The notes under the pieces are model-generated. The model did no database searches, was not told where the DNA came from, and worked only from the letters and a program-made list of their open reading frames with translations. Shown piece after piece: positions 1 through 12,430 of a stretch of DNA of 64,000 bases. The stretch spans positions 33,914,001 to 33,978,000 of the forward strand of contig NC_135901.1 in NCBI RefSeq assembly GCF_964194155.1, given 5' to 3'. The stretch comes from Cetorhinus maximus. Its lineage: Eukaryota. The translations under genes and the position numbers were made by a program. Position 1 is the first letter of the stretch, and each line of letters begins with the position of its first letter.

Positions 1-169
1 GGTTTAGATAGATATGATGATCTAATGACGTTCCAACATGTTGTGCCATTTGATGATGACATTGTTGATCAGTCTGTCTCCAGCATTCTTAATGAGAACA
101 GCCGAATTCCCAACTTGCTGCTGCAGAACTGCATTGTAATCAGGTGCGTTGGGCACACTGTAGCGAAGT

Positions 170-242
170 GTTTTTGCAGCGTAGTGGTTGTCTCATTCGC
201 CTTACATGCGAAAAGTCCCCGGTTTAAAACCGGGCCGAAACA
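170..242 (+). pseudogene. tRNA-Val-derived pseudogene (anticodon reads TAC)
   Basis: 73 nt colinear with the vertebrate tRNA-Val body (gtttccgtagtgtagtggtt...ccgggcggaaaca). Anticodon arm is ttcgc-ctTACat-gcgaa. The T-loop (GGTTTAAAACC) and acceptor stem are mutated. Confidence 0.85.
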
Positions 243-1034
243 TTATCAAAGCTTTCTTATTTAAATGAGAGAAAGGTTGAATTGCTTCTATTTGTTGTGG
301 AATATTAACTGAACACAGTATCTTGCAAGCATATTTTATTCGCTCTTCACCATTTCACAGCATAAACACTCAGCAAAGTGAACGTATCTCTCAGCTCAAC
401 AGGTCGAGAACAAATACAGAGGTGAAGATAGGGAACGAGAGGAGGGCTGTGATAGGCTGCAAAGCACTGACTATAGAGATGGTGGTGCAAGGCAAAATAT
501 AAGGGTAATAGGGGAGATTTTACTGTTTACACAGACACAAATATCCCCCAGATCTTGTTCCAAACCTCGTGTTAAACGAGAAGGAAACTTCTCGTTGAAT
601 CTTAGCTGCACCTGCTTCCAAACATTGCAAGCTCCTGTTGCATCTTTCATCCTGATATTTTTCCCTGTGACATTTTGATATGAAGCTGAACAGCTAATGT
701 GAATAAAGCTTGTGATGGTAAGAATGTGTTCAACCCCTTGGGGAACTGAACCACATTGGCACACACCACACACAGAGGAACACACAGAGACATATACACC
801 GAGAGTGACAGAGGCCAAGGAGAAACAAACACCCAGAAAGCAAGGATGCCACCAACTTGGCCAATTATTGTTCCATTTCAGACTGCAAATTTAGTGAATG
901 CTTGCAGCTGAAATAACTTTTATTAACACCGATGAGAAGAATTATAAAATAAATGGAGATGAACGGAAATAAGAAACTCAGGGGTGTTTGAGTGGTTTTT
1001 ATTTTATTTAGCCAATAACTGCAGACAGTTTGTT

Positions 1035-2340
1035 ATTCATACACGGGATGTGGGCTTCACTGGCTGGGCCAGCATTTATTGTCCATCCCTAGTTGCCCTT
1101 GAGAAGGTGGTGGTGAGCTGCTTTCTTGAACCTCTGCAGTCCATGTGCTGTCGGTACACCGACAGTGCTGTTAGGAAGGGAGTTCGAGGATTTTGACCCA
1201 GTGACAGTGAGGGAACGGCCGATACATTTGCAACTCAGGGTGCTGAGTGTCTTGGAGGGGAACTTCCAGCTGGTGGCGTTCCCATCTATCCGCTTCCCTT
1301 GTCCTTCTAGGAGGTAGTGGTTGTGGGTTTGCAAGGTGCTGTCTAAGGGGCCTTGGTGAATTCCTTCAGTGCATCTTCTAGATGGTACACACTGCTGCTA
1401 CTGTGCATCAGTGCTGGAGGGAATGAATGTTTGTGGATGTGGTGCCAATCAAGTGGGCTGCTTTGCCCTGGATGGTGTCGAGCTTCTTGAATGTTTTTGG
1501 AGCAGCACTCATCCAGGCAAGTGGGGAGTATTCCATCACACTCCTGACTTGTGCCTTGTGGTGGACAGGCTTTGGGGAGTTAGGAGGTGAGTTGCTCTTT
1601 ACATGATTCCTAGCCTCTGACCTGCTCTTGCAGGCACACTATTTATATGGCTAGTCCAGTTTCTGGTCAGTGGTAACCCCCAGGGTGTTGATAATGGGGG
1701 ATTCAGTGATGCTAATGCCATTGAACATCAAGGATGGTTGGATTCTCTCTTGTTGGATATGGTCATTGCCTGACACTTGCGCTGCATGAATGTTACTTGC
1801 CACTTGCCAGCCCAAGCCTGGATATTGTCCAGGTCTTGCTGCATTTGGACATGGACTGCTTCAGTATCTGAGGATTCACGAATGATGTTGAACATTGTGC
1901 ATTCATCAGCGAACATCCCCACTTCTGACGTTATGACGGATGAAAGGTCACTTATGAAGCAGCTGAAGATGGTTGGGCCAAGGATATGGCCCTGAGGAAC
2001 TCCTGCAGCAATATCCTGGAGCTGAGATGACTGACCTCCAATGCCTTTGTGCTAGGTATGACTTGAGCCAATGGATAGCCCTGATTCTCACTGACACCTG
2101 TTTTTCTCGGGCTCCTTGATGCCACACTTTGTCAAATGCTGACTTGATGTCAAGGGCAGTCACTCTCACTTCGCCTCGGGAATTCAGCTCTTTTGTCCAT
2201 GTTTGAACCAAGGCTTTAATGAGGTCAGGGGCTGAGTGGCCCTGGCGTCACCCAACCTGAGCATCAGTGAGCAGGCTGTTGTAAGCAAGTGCTGCCTGAT
2301 AGCACTGTTGATGACGCCTTCCATTACCCCTTCCACTATC
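1035..2340 (-). mobile_element. 5'-truncated CR1-group LINE (family B), RT C-terminus plus 3' UTR
   Basis: Broken ORFs 1948-2211 (ALDIKSAFDKVWHQG) and 1728-1922 (FADE..DLDNIQAW). The 3' UTR is shared with the copies at 5530-7250 and 60285-62185. Confidence 0.85.
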
Positions 2341-2344
2341 TAAC

Positions 2345-3215
2345 AGTGGAATCACTGAGGAAACGGAGCACAGTGGTAATATTACAGGGATATCTAGTAA
2401 CGGAGTCACTGAGGAAATGGGAGCACAGTGGTAATGTTATTGGGGTATCTTTAATAGAGTTACTGAGGAAACGGGGAGCACAGTGGTAATATTACTGGGA
2501 TATCTAATAATGGAGTCACTGAGGAAACAGGAGCACAGTGGTAATATTACTGGGATATCTAATAATAAAGTCACTCAGGGTACGAGAGCACAGTGGTAAT
2601 ACTACTGGGATATCTAATAATAGTCACTGAGGAAACGGGAGCACAATGATAATATTACTGGGATATCGAATAATGGAGTCACTGAGGAAACAGGAGCACA
2701 GTGGTAATATTACTGGGATATCTAATAATAAAGTCACTCAGGGTACGAGAGCACAGTGGTAATATTACTGGGATATCTAATAATAAAGTCACTCAGGGTA
2801 CGAGAGCACAGTGGTAATATTACTGGGATATCTAATAATGGAGTCACTGAGGAAACGGGAGCACAGTGGTAATATTACTGGGATATCTAGTAATGGAGTC
2901 ACTGAGGAAACGGGAGCACAGTGGTAATATTACCAGGATATCTAATAATGGAGTCACTGAGGAAATGGAGCACAGTGGTAATATTACTGGGATATCTAGT
3001 AATGGAGTCACTGAGGAAATGGGAGCACAGTGGTAATGTTATTGGGGTATCTTTAATAGAGTCACTGAGGAAACGGAGCACAGTGGTAATATTACAGGGA
3101 TATCTAGTAATGGAGTCACTGAGGAAATGGGAGCACAGTGGTAATGTTATTGGGGTATCTTTAATAGAGTCACTGAGGAAACGGGAGCACAGTGGTAATA
3201 TTACTGGGATATCAA
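2345..3215. repeat. 55-bp minisatellite, about 16 copies
   Basis: Unit gagtcactgaggaaacgggagcacagtggtaatattactgggatatctaataatg, with successive starts at 2841 and 2896. Confidence 0.95.
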
Positions 3216-4403
3216 ATGCTGGATTCACTGAGATGTGATATGTGATAACCACTCCACTACAGAACAATACCTGACAGAGCCAGAGGCACCTGCACATCAT
3301 GTTAAACTGTGAGGTCCTGCAGCAGCACTTTGGGTCTTTGATTTACGGAAGTGGAATTCGGGTGACAGATTTAGAAATGTTGTCATCAAATTAATCTGAT
3401 AATGTTATCATACAATGGCAGAGCGCATGAGGAGACCATTCAACCCATCATATTAACATCAGCTTTTCACAATGTTCTTTCCAATTGGTCTTAATTTCCT
3501 TCTCTTTCTCCATAACCCTGATTTTTCTCCCATTCAAGTCATTGTCCAATTCCCTTTTGAAAACCCTAAGTGAAGAAAAACAATATTGAAAGAGGTACAG
3601 GAGCTTCTGCAGTGTCCATGCCCAGTGTGTGAAAATTAACAAAGTTTCCCTGATCCAGTGACATGAAAAGTTAGGCTGGGGATTCTTATACAGCTTTCCA
3701 AAAAATGAAGTTAATTTCAAATCAAATTTGCAAAGGAATTTTATTCTGATCAAGCACCTCCTTATTTTTCTCAGTCGATATATACAATCTAGTCCCCTTT
3801 GCTGTGCAACCTGCTACAGAGGCTGTTATAGAGAAGAGGGAAAGGTTTGCTACAGCTATACAAAGCCCTGGTTAGATCACACCTGGAGGACTGTGTATAG
3901 TTCTGGGGACTGTCCCTTGAAAGGTTCAGAGATTAGGTTGGTGGGTTTTGGAAATTGGAAGTTGTACATCCGCAGCTTGTGGTACTATTTCACCTCACTG
4001 TTCACTTCATGTTCATGTCTAACACACTCGATGCTGTTATTGGCTGAACAAGTCTTCTGCGTTTGAACTAAACATGCTGTTATTCGGCGCTCCCACTCCT
4101 GCCATCTGGGTTTGGCCCTCATCAGGGAATGTTGTTTTCTTGTTGCTGTGTGAACTGTCACAATGAACTGATCTTGGAGTCTCTTTCCCCTGGGATTGAC
4201 AAAACCCATCACTTCCCTTCCTCTTTCATTATCGCTCTTTCATTCCCAGTTTGGTAGCAAGAACAGGGAGAGTCAGTATAAATTGCAGTGTCCGGGGAAA
4301 AGGTTGGGTCATGGCAGGGATAGGACAGGCAGAGGACCCTCTTTCTCTGCTACAACCATTTAATGATTTTATACAAATAATATTAATTTGCTGACAATGT
4401 TTG

Positions 4404-5232
4404 TGTTATGACACAGCAGCTGGTAAAGGCTGAGTTATTTAAAATCTGAGAGGGAAACTTTAAACAACTGTCATCACCTATATTTTCAATTGGTATGTTT
4501 GAGATACAACTCTAAACTCAGAAATGAAGCCACCAAGCCTCCAGATGTTTTTTTTTATATACAAATTAATCATTTAGTAATTTTAATAAGAAATTGAACA
4601 CCTACACATGTCTACAAATTACTACCATAATAGGTTTCAAACAAGTCCCCAAATTAATCACTCCCAGGCAATCTTCCCCAAGGCAACAATAACCCATAGA
4701 CTTAAACAGACACCGGGCACAGCACATTTTACTGTATGAATTCAAAATGAGGTTCCTTTGCAAACACAGTGGTTAGATCTTCCATGCCTCTGACTTCCGC
4801 ATGCAAAACTCTTCTGTATATACCTAGCCTTCCCTTTCAATGTAAATTCTCATTGTGTCAGCAGGCCCTTTGAAACCAACCTCTTCTAACAATAAAACCC
4901 CTTTCATAGTAGCAATTTTAATAGTAATATAAACATTGCTTGGTGTCTCCTAGCTAGGTGCAAGATTTCACCCCCAGTATTTGAATGGTTTATTCAACAA
5001 AATGCAAGTGTCCCCTCTTCACCTTACTGTTTAACATCTCAAAACTACTATACATCAAAGCACCCAGACCAGCTGGCTTTAATCCAATTCGGACACACAC
5101 AGGCAGAGACCCTACTACAAGTCCAATTTAAAAATAGGGTCATAGAGTCATAGAAGTCTACAGCACAGAAAAAGGCCCTTCGGCCCATTGAATTTCCAAT
5201 AACATTATATACAGTAATGTTGCTTCATGACA
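4404..5232 (-). mobile_element. Solo LTR (same family as 48630-49412) with a short nested CR1 tail at about 5139-5192
   Basis: Termini TGTTATGA...TCATGACA. Reverse-complement similarity to 48630-49412 runs along its length. Strand is given relative to that copy. Confidence 0.75.
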
Positions 5233-5236
5233 GTGC

Positions 5237-5318
5237 ATAGTTGTGGCCGAGTGGTTAAGGCGGTGGATTAAAAATCCATTGGGGTCTCCCCACGTAGGTT
5301 TGAATCCTGCCGCTTACA
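5237..5318 (+). pseudogene. tRNA-Ser-derived pseudogene
   Basis: 82 nt colinear with tRNA-Ser(AGA), including the variable arm ggggtctcccc. The anticodon loop has mutated to ttAAAaa, the T-loop reads TTTGAA, and many CpG transitions are present. Confidence 0.88.
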
Positions 5319-5529
5319 CTTCACATTATGTACGATTTTAACCGAGCGCTGACGGAACTAATTATCGTGCAAATAGAGGAAAAGCTATCCAAACACATCC
5401 ATGTTCTCTTATTTCCATTCATTTGACAAATTTCCAGTCGGAAATGGAACAAAAACTGAGCCAAGTTGGTGATATCATTTCATTCTGGTATTTGTCTCTC
5501 CTTAGGCCTCTGTCACTCTCATGTGTAGA

Positions 5530-7250
5530 AATATAGCATTTACTGCACACCCCTAATTGCCCTAGTGACAGTTGTGGCCAGCTGCCTTCTTGAACCGTTG
5601 CAGTTCCTTTGGTGTAGGTACACCCACAGTGCTGTTAGGGAATGAGCTTCAGGATTTTGACCCAGTGACAGTGAAGGAATGGCGATTTATTTCTAAGTCA
5701 GGATGGTGAGTGGCTTGGAGGGCAAACTCCAGGTGGTGGTGTTCCTAAGTAAATGCTGCCCTTGTCCGTCTAGATGGTAGTAGTCGTGGGTTTGGAAGGT
5801 GCTGCTAAGGAGCCTTGTTGAGTTTCTTCATTGCATCTTGTACATGGTACACACTGCTGCCATTGTTCGTTGGTGGTAGAGGGAGTGAATATTAGCGGAT
5901 GTGGAGCCAATCAAGCAGGCTGCTTTGTCCTGGATGGTGTCAGACTTCTTGAGTGTTGTTGGAGCTGCACTCATCCAGGCAAGCGGAGAGTATTCTGCCA
6001 CACTCCTGACTTGTGCCCTGCAGATTATGGGCAGGTTTGGGGAGTCAGGAGGTGAGTTTCACATTGTAGGATTCCTAGCCTTTGACCCTGCTCTTGTAGC
6101 CACAGTATTTATATGGCTAGTCCAGTTCAGTTTCTGGTCAATGGTAACCCCCCAGGATGTTGATAGTGGGGGATTCAGTAATGGCAATGCCATTGAATGT
6201 CATGGGGCGATGGTCAGATTCTCTCTTGCTGGACATAGTCATTGGCTGGCAATTGTGTGGTGTGAATATTGCTTGCCACTTGTCAGCCAAAGCCTGGATA
6301 TTGTCCAGGTCTTGCTGCATTTGGACATGGACTGTTTCAGTATCTGAGGAGTCGTGAATGGTGCTGAACATTGTGCAATCATCAATGAACATCCCCACTT
6401 CTGACCTTACGATAGAGGGAAAGTCATTGATGAAGATGGTTAGGCCTTGGACACTACCCTGTGGAACTCGTGCAGTGGTGTCCTGGAACTGAGATGTTTG
6501 ACCAACAACAACCCCCAACCATCTTCCATTGTGCTAGGTCTGACTCCAGCCAGCAGAGATTCCCCCCCCAACCCCCGCCGATTCCCATCAACTCCAGTTT
6601 TGGTAGAGCTCCTTGATGGTACACTCGGTCAAATGCAGCCTTGATATCAAATGCAACCTCTTGATCACACCTCACCTCTGGAGCTCAGCTCTTATTTCCA
6701 GGTTTGAACCGAGGCTGTATTGAGGTCAGAAGCTGAGTCACCCTGGTGGAACCCAGGCTGAGCATCAGTGAGCAAGTTGCTGCTAAGCAAGTGCCGCTTG
6801 ATAGCACTGTTGACGACCCCTTCCATCACTTTACTGACGATCGAGAGTAGACTGATGGGGGCGGTAATTGGCCGGGTTGGATTTATCCTCCTTTTGTGTG
6901 CAGGACACTCCTGGGCAATTTTCCACATAGCTGGGTAGATGCCAGTGTTGTAGCTGTACTGGAGCAGCTTGGCTAGGGGTGCAGCATTGAGCACAAGTCT
7001 TCAGTACAATTGCCGGAATATTGTCAGGGCTCAGAGCCTTTGCCGTATCTAGTGCCGACAAGCGTTGCTCAATACCATGTGGATTAGTTTGAATTGGCTG
7101 AAGACTGATATCTGTGATCCTGGCGAACTCCAGATGAGGCCGAGATGGATCATCGATTAGGTATTTCTGGCTGATTATTGCTACAGATGCTTCATGCTGA
7201 TGTGCTGGGCTCTTCCATCGTTGAGGATGGGGATACTTGTGGAGCCTCCT
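5530..7250 (-). mobile_element. CR1-group LINE family B, degenerate RT and 3' UTR
   Basis: ORF pieces 6831-7274, 6692-6994, 6454-6675 (FDIKAAFDRV) and 6138-6518 (VPQGSV..FIDDC). Confidence 0.88.
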
Positions 7251-7423
7251 GATCCACTGCAGCCCCGAGAACATAATCAGCTATAGATCCAGAACATTAA
7301 ATTTCAGCCCAGTTACAGGGATTATTATCATCAGCAGAAACAAACCCCAGCTATCAGAATGAAGATGGTTCAGTTTTTGGTGTGATTAACAGCAGCAATA
7401 ACAGCAGAATCCAAACTCTGGAG

Positions 7424-8098
7424 TCAGTTGTGAGTTCGCTGGTGTGTCCGCAGGTTAGTTGACTGGGTGAATTTCTTCCCACACTCAGAGCAGGTGAATG
7501 GTCTCTTCCCAGTGTGAACTTGCTGGTTCTTCACCAGTTCAGAGGACCCAGTGAATCCCTTCCCACATACAGGGCAGGTGAATGGTCTCTCCTCAGTGTG
7601 GATCCGCTTATGTATCAGCAGGTCGGATGACTGAGTGAATCCCTTCCCACACTCGGAGCAGGTGAATGGTCTCTCCCCAGTGTGAATTCACTGGTGTCTC
7701 AGCAGGTGGGATGACCGAGTGAATCCCTTCCCACACTCAGGGCAGGTGAATGGCCTCTCTCCAGTATGAATTCGCTGGTGTGTCAGCAGGCTGGATGACT
7801 GAGTGAACCCCTTCCCACACTCGGAGCAGGTGAATGGTCTCTCCCCAGTGTGAAGCCATTGATGCCTCAGCAGGTGGGATGACCGAGTGAATCCCTTCCC
7901 ACACTCAGGGCAGGTGAATGGCCTCTCTCCAGTGTGAATTGGCTGGTGTGTCAGCAGGCTGGATGACTGAGTGAACCCCTTCCCACACTCGGAGCAGGTG
8001 AACGGCCTCTCCCCGGTGTGACTGCGTCGATGGTTTTCCAGCTGGGATGGGTAATTGAATCCTTTCCCACAGTCCTCACATTTCCACGGTTTCTCCAT
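7424..8098 (-). pseudogene. C2H2 zinc-finger gene (ancestrally 8 fingers) truncated by one nonsense codon; open part 7688-8098 has 4 complete fingers
   Basis: [10 protein letters not shown]...TGERPF repeats. In-frame TGA at 7688-7690 where CGA is expected. Fingers continue in the same frame to a TGA at 7424-7426. Confidence 0.88.
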
Positions 8099-8598
8099 GG
8101 TTCAAGTGTCCCTGTGTGTCTCCAGGTTGGATGATAAGTTGAAGCCTCATCCACACAGAGAACAGTTTCTCTGCTATGAATGGTGTGATTTGTCTTTTCA
8201 GGCTGTGTAACTGGTTAAAGCTCTTTCCACAGTCAGTGCACTGGAAACACTCTCACTCGGCTGTGTGTGTGTGTGTGTCTCGTTCCAGTCACACTGATGT
8301 TTGAAATCTTTTCCCACAGATGGAACAGACAAACATTTCTCCCTCCACATTCAAAGACCGATGATATTCAGGCCCTGATGAATCGAGTGACTCTGTCAGA
8401 CCTTGATGTGTTTGGTTTGAGTTCCCCGTTTTTAAATCCTCCCCTTCCGATTCTCTGAAAAAGGAGTTTACAAAATTCATCACTGCCAGTACAGGATAGA
8501 AATTCAGAACAGACAATTCTAGTTCCACAGAAAAATTTTTCCGCTTGTGTTCCCCCAAAGCTGCAAATCCCCGTCCCACATACTCTCCCTCTTCCCTG

Positions 8599-9381
8599 AT
8601 AAAAGCGGATGCTGGAAATATGAAACAAAAACAGAAAATGCTGGAAAATCTCAGCATGTCTAGCAGCATCTGTGGAGAGAGAAACAGAGGTTAACGTTTT
8701 GAGTCCGTATGACCCTTGTTCAGAGCTGAAGGGGAGTGGAAATGTGATGAAATTTATACTGGTTAAGGGGGTTGGAGCAGGTGAAACTGGGTAGAAGGCC
8801 AGCGATAGGTAGGGGCAAAGGTATCATGAGCTAAAGGACAAAGGGAGAGTTAACGTTATTATAGCAGAACAAGGGTAGCATTGTGTGAAAGAACAACATG
8901 GAACAAGTAACAGATGGCCCTTTTGGGGATGGGGGTGGGGGGAGGGGACGGTGGTGGGGAGGAAGGATAGAAGGGGGAATCAAAAAGGGGATAAAACCAT
9001 GGATAAATGAATAAAAATAAAAATAAAAATAACTGGATAAAAAATAAAGATGAATGTAGAAAAAAAGGGGATTAAAAATGGGGTGAGGATAGACGAGAGA
9101 GTTCATGGTCTGAAGTTGTTGAACTCAACGTTAAGTCCGGAAGGCTGTAAAGTGCCTAATTGGAAGTTGAGGTGCCGTTCCTCCAGTTTGCGTTGGGCTT
9201 CACTGAAACATTGCAGCAGGCCAAGGACAGACATGTGGGCGTGAGAGCAGGATGGTGTGTTGAAATGGCAAGCGACAGGAAGGTCTGGATCATGCTTGTG
9301 GACAGACCGGAGGTGTTCTGCAAAGCTGTTACCCAGTCTGCGTTTGGACTCCCCAGTGTAGAGGAGACAACATTGACCACA
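8599..9381 (-). mobile_element. 5'-truncated Penelope-like element: GIY-YIG endonuclease C-terminus, 3' UTR and pLTR with a decayed hammerhead
   Basis: ORF 9103-9483 includes LLYTGESKRRLGNSFAEH...VACHF...ERHLNFQLGTLQPSGLN, a PLE GIY-YIG signature. Flanking near-direct repeats lie at 8585-8598 and 9382-9395. Confidence 0.9.
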
Positions 9382-9719
9382 CTCCCTCCTCCCTATGCTG
9401 AAATCCAAACAAAGCTTTGGACAATTCTTTCTGTATCTTTTTAACAAATTCGTACAACCAGAGGGAACAAATTTTTTGATCATTCACTTCAGTCACTACC
9501 CAAGACAAAACATTAATCTGAAACCACCTCACCGACCAGGCAGAATAGCAGATGTTAACCTTGTGTCCAAAACTTACAGTGTGGAGATTTCATGAGCGTT
9601 CGTGAAAGTGGTTTCTCCAAGCCTCCCAGGGTTTCCTTCCTTCCTTCTCTCCCTCTCTAACTAAATTAAACCTGGGATCAGTCTCATGGTCCATTCTGGT
9701 TACTGCTTCTCTTCCTGAT

Positions 9720-10915
9720 GACTAATTAACCCCAATTAAACACCGAAAAGACTGAAGACACTGTTTTTAGTCCCTGCTCCAATCTGCATTCCCTAGATAC
9801 CAACTCCATCCCTCTCCCTGATTTAATCTGAGATTAAGCCTGTCTGTTCACAACCTCTGTGTTGCACTTGACCTCGAGATGGGATTGTGACCTCATATAT
9901 GTGTGATCGCTAAGATCGCCTGTTTCCACCTCCATACTATCACCCGAGCTCACCCTGTCTCAGTGCACCTGCTGCCGAAATTCTCATCCCTGCCATTGTT
10001 TACCTCCAGACTCGACTATTCCAACACATTCCTGGCTGGTCTCCCACATTCTACCCTCTGTAAACTTGAAGCCATCCAAACATCTGCTGTCTGCGTGTTC
10101 ACTTGCAGCGAGTCCCTCTGCTTTCTGGCCTGCCTTGGCTCCCGGTCAAGTAGCAGCTTGATTTTAAAATTCTCATCCTTGTTTTGAAATCTCTCCATGG
10201 CTTCGTCCCTCCCTGTCTCTGCAATCTCCTCCAGCCCCACAACCCTCTGAGACATTTACACTGCTCTAATTCTGGCCTTGTACATTCCCTATTTTAATCG
10301 CTCCACCATTAGTGAGCGTGCCTTCAGTTCCCTCATCCAAAAGCTCTGAAATTCCCAATAACTCTCCCCCTGTCTACCACACTTTTCCCCTTTAAGACAC
10401 TTGAATATTAATAAGTAGAGACATTCTGTCAAACCTATTTATCTTGTACTCATCAGGACAGATGCAAGAACACCAAATTGCAAAGCTTATCGGTTGTGCT
10501 CATTTACACTGCAGGAGGCAGAAGTAACAAATCCAGGCTGGGGACCTTTTGTTGAATTGAACAGGGAACAATTGCTCCCTACTGTATTCTCCATGGGAAG
10601 AGCCAATCAGAGCTGACAGGCCAGCCAATCAGCACCCCTTTTCTCATGCAGGATAAATTGTTGTTCCCTTTGAAATTTGGGATTCTTGATGAGTGCAAGA
10701 TGAAAAGCTTTGACAGCTTGTCTCTTTTTTCAGTAATACTCAAGTTCTGTACAACCAAGCGACTATTTAAGATTCTCCTTAAATCTCTTTGCCCAAGCTT
10801 TTGGTCACCTGCCCTAATATCTCCTTCTGTGTCTGGATGTCACACTTTGTTTTATAATTTTCCTGTGAAGCTCACTGGGATGATTTATGATGTTAATAAA
10901 AGCTGTTGTTGTTTC
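9720..10915 (+). mobile_element. Old L2 LINE 3' fragment, interrupted at about 10400-10765
   Basis: SRLDYSN..LAGLP motif in ORF 9903-10187 and a typical L2 3' end. Confidence 0.75.
10400..10765. mobile_element. Short element with inverted ends, each carrying a decayed family-2 hammerhead motif
   Basis: Ends gagacattctgtcaaa...tttgacagcttgtctc. Motifs at 10427-10460 (-) and 10682-10715 (+). Paralogous to 55380-55806. Confidence 0.6.
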
Positions 10916-11019
10916 TGACAGTTACCCTGATCTCCTGTTTTACAACAACCCATTGATTTCACACCAAACTCTATCTCTGATTTATTGTCCCTCCTGCGGG
11001 TTATTCATCCGGGTTTGCA

Positions 11020-11600
11020 GCCTGTTTAGATGGCGGTCACGCATGCACCCTGTTGGACATTGCCCCCCACAAAGATGGTGGCCGCACATGCGCTCTGTCG
11101 CCCATTGCCCCCTATAAAGATGGCGGCCGTTAACTCGGGCCTACCTCTGGAGAAGAGGCCTAAGCTGTCGTCTGATTTCATGAAACGCGGGATCATTGGC
11201 TCCTTATCGAGGGTTTGTGGCAGACACCATAAATTTATAAAGCCTCCCAGCCCACCCGCCAGCCCTATCAATAATCCGAGGTTTATATTCGGCTCTGAAT
11301 CCGCACTCGGTCTTTGTAAACCCCACATTTTAAATCCGCTCGCTCGAGCTCTCTTACCGTCTGCGTCCAGGGAATGCGCATGCGCCAGCTCAGAATGATT
11401 CACGGCAGCTGCGGACCAATAGAAAGAGGGGGCGGGGCTGGAAGACCGAACGGTAGCGGCTAGTCCTCCAGTCAATCGGAATGAATGACGGGCGGGGGCC
11501 GAGCTGCGACTGAAGCATGCGCAGTGCGAATTGAAAGCGCTCAGGTTCAAAGTCCAGCGGGCGAGTGCAGGAGAGGAATGGAGCCGGAGGATGGACTGGG
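11020..11600. promoter_or_regulatory. CpG-island, probably bidirectional ZNF promoter
   Basis: YY1 AAGATGGCGGC at about 11117, NRF1 TGCGCATGCGC at about 11374, CCAAT box at about 11416, GC boxes at about 11429 and 11490, high CpG content. Confidence 0.75.
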
Positions 11601-11864
11601 AGGGCTCACAAACACCCGGTGCAGGACTCCAAACCCGGATTAGAAACTCCCGGAGCCCAGTTTATACCGAGTGTTTGGAAACTCCTTTTCCAGGGGGTTA
11701 GAAGGGGAGGATTTATACACAGCAAACTCAAACCAAGAGATATGTTTGTCTCACCTCAATTTCTATCCTGGACTCTCTGATGGATTTTGAAAATAATCTC
11801 CTTTTTATATTATTATATGGGAAGGAGTTAAAGACGGGAAACTCAAACCAAACGTCTCTGCTTC

Positions 11865-12430
11865 AATCCCCCTCTTACTCAGTGAGTTCGGGGCTACTGC
11901 CACTGGCTGTGTGAAAGTTCTTCCCTATATTTGCCCTGTGTCTATCGCCCATAACCTTAAATCTGTGTCCCCCTAATCCTTGTACCATCACCAAATGGAA
12001 ACAACTTTTACTTTGTCCACCTGATCTAAAGCTGCCACAATCTTGTACACCTCCATCAAATCTCCCCTCAACTCCGTTACTCCAATAAGAATAACTCCAG
12101 CTTCTCCAATCTAACCTTGCAACTGAATTCCCTTTTTCCTGGAACCATTCTGATGAATCTCCCCTGCTTCCTCTCAAGGACCCTCACATCTTTCCGAAAG
12201 GGTGGAGACCAAAACTGGATGCAATACTCTTGTTGTGACCTAACCAGAGCTTTATAAAGGAGGATCAGCATATTTTCTCTGCATTTGCATACATTATATC
12301 TGCTTATGAAGCTCAAGATCCCACATGTTCTGTTAATTGCTCTCTGAATATGTCCTGTCACCTCCAAACATCTGTACACATCAAACCCCAGTTCCCCCTG
12401 TCCCTGCACACTCTTTGCAACACTACCATT
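11865..12430 (-). mobile_element. CR1 ORF2 3' fragment
   Basis: LYKALVRSQQEYCIQFWSP...RLEKLELFLLE in ORF 12077-12475. Confidence 0.8.

Noticed and set aside
2345-3215. Regular repeat array as a CRISPR, or ORFs 2899-3300 and 2921-3238 as genes
   Set aside because: Head-to-tail units have no unique spacers, the context is eukaryotic, and the ORFs are by-products of the repeat.
170-5318. tRNA-Val(TAC) and tRNA-Ser with an AAA anticodon as functional or recoding tRNAs
   Set aside because: Mutated T-loops (B-box) and broken stems indicate pseudogenes.
11026-11550. 174-aa ORF and similar GC-rich ORFs at 14323-14892 and 39372-39791
   Set aside because: They overlap CpG-island promoters, where stops are scarce, and have no recognisable domain.
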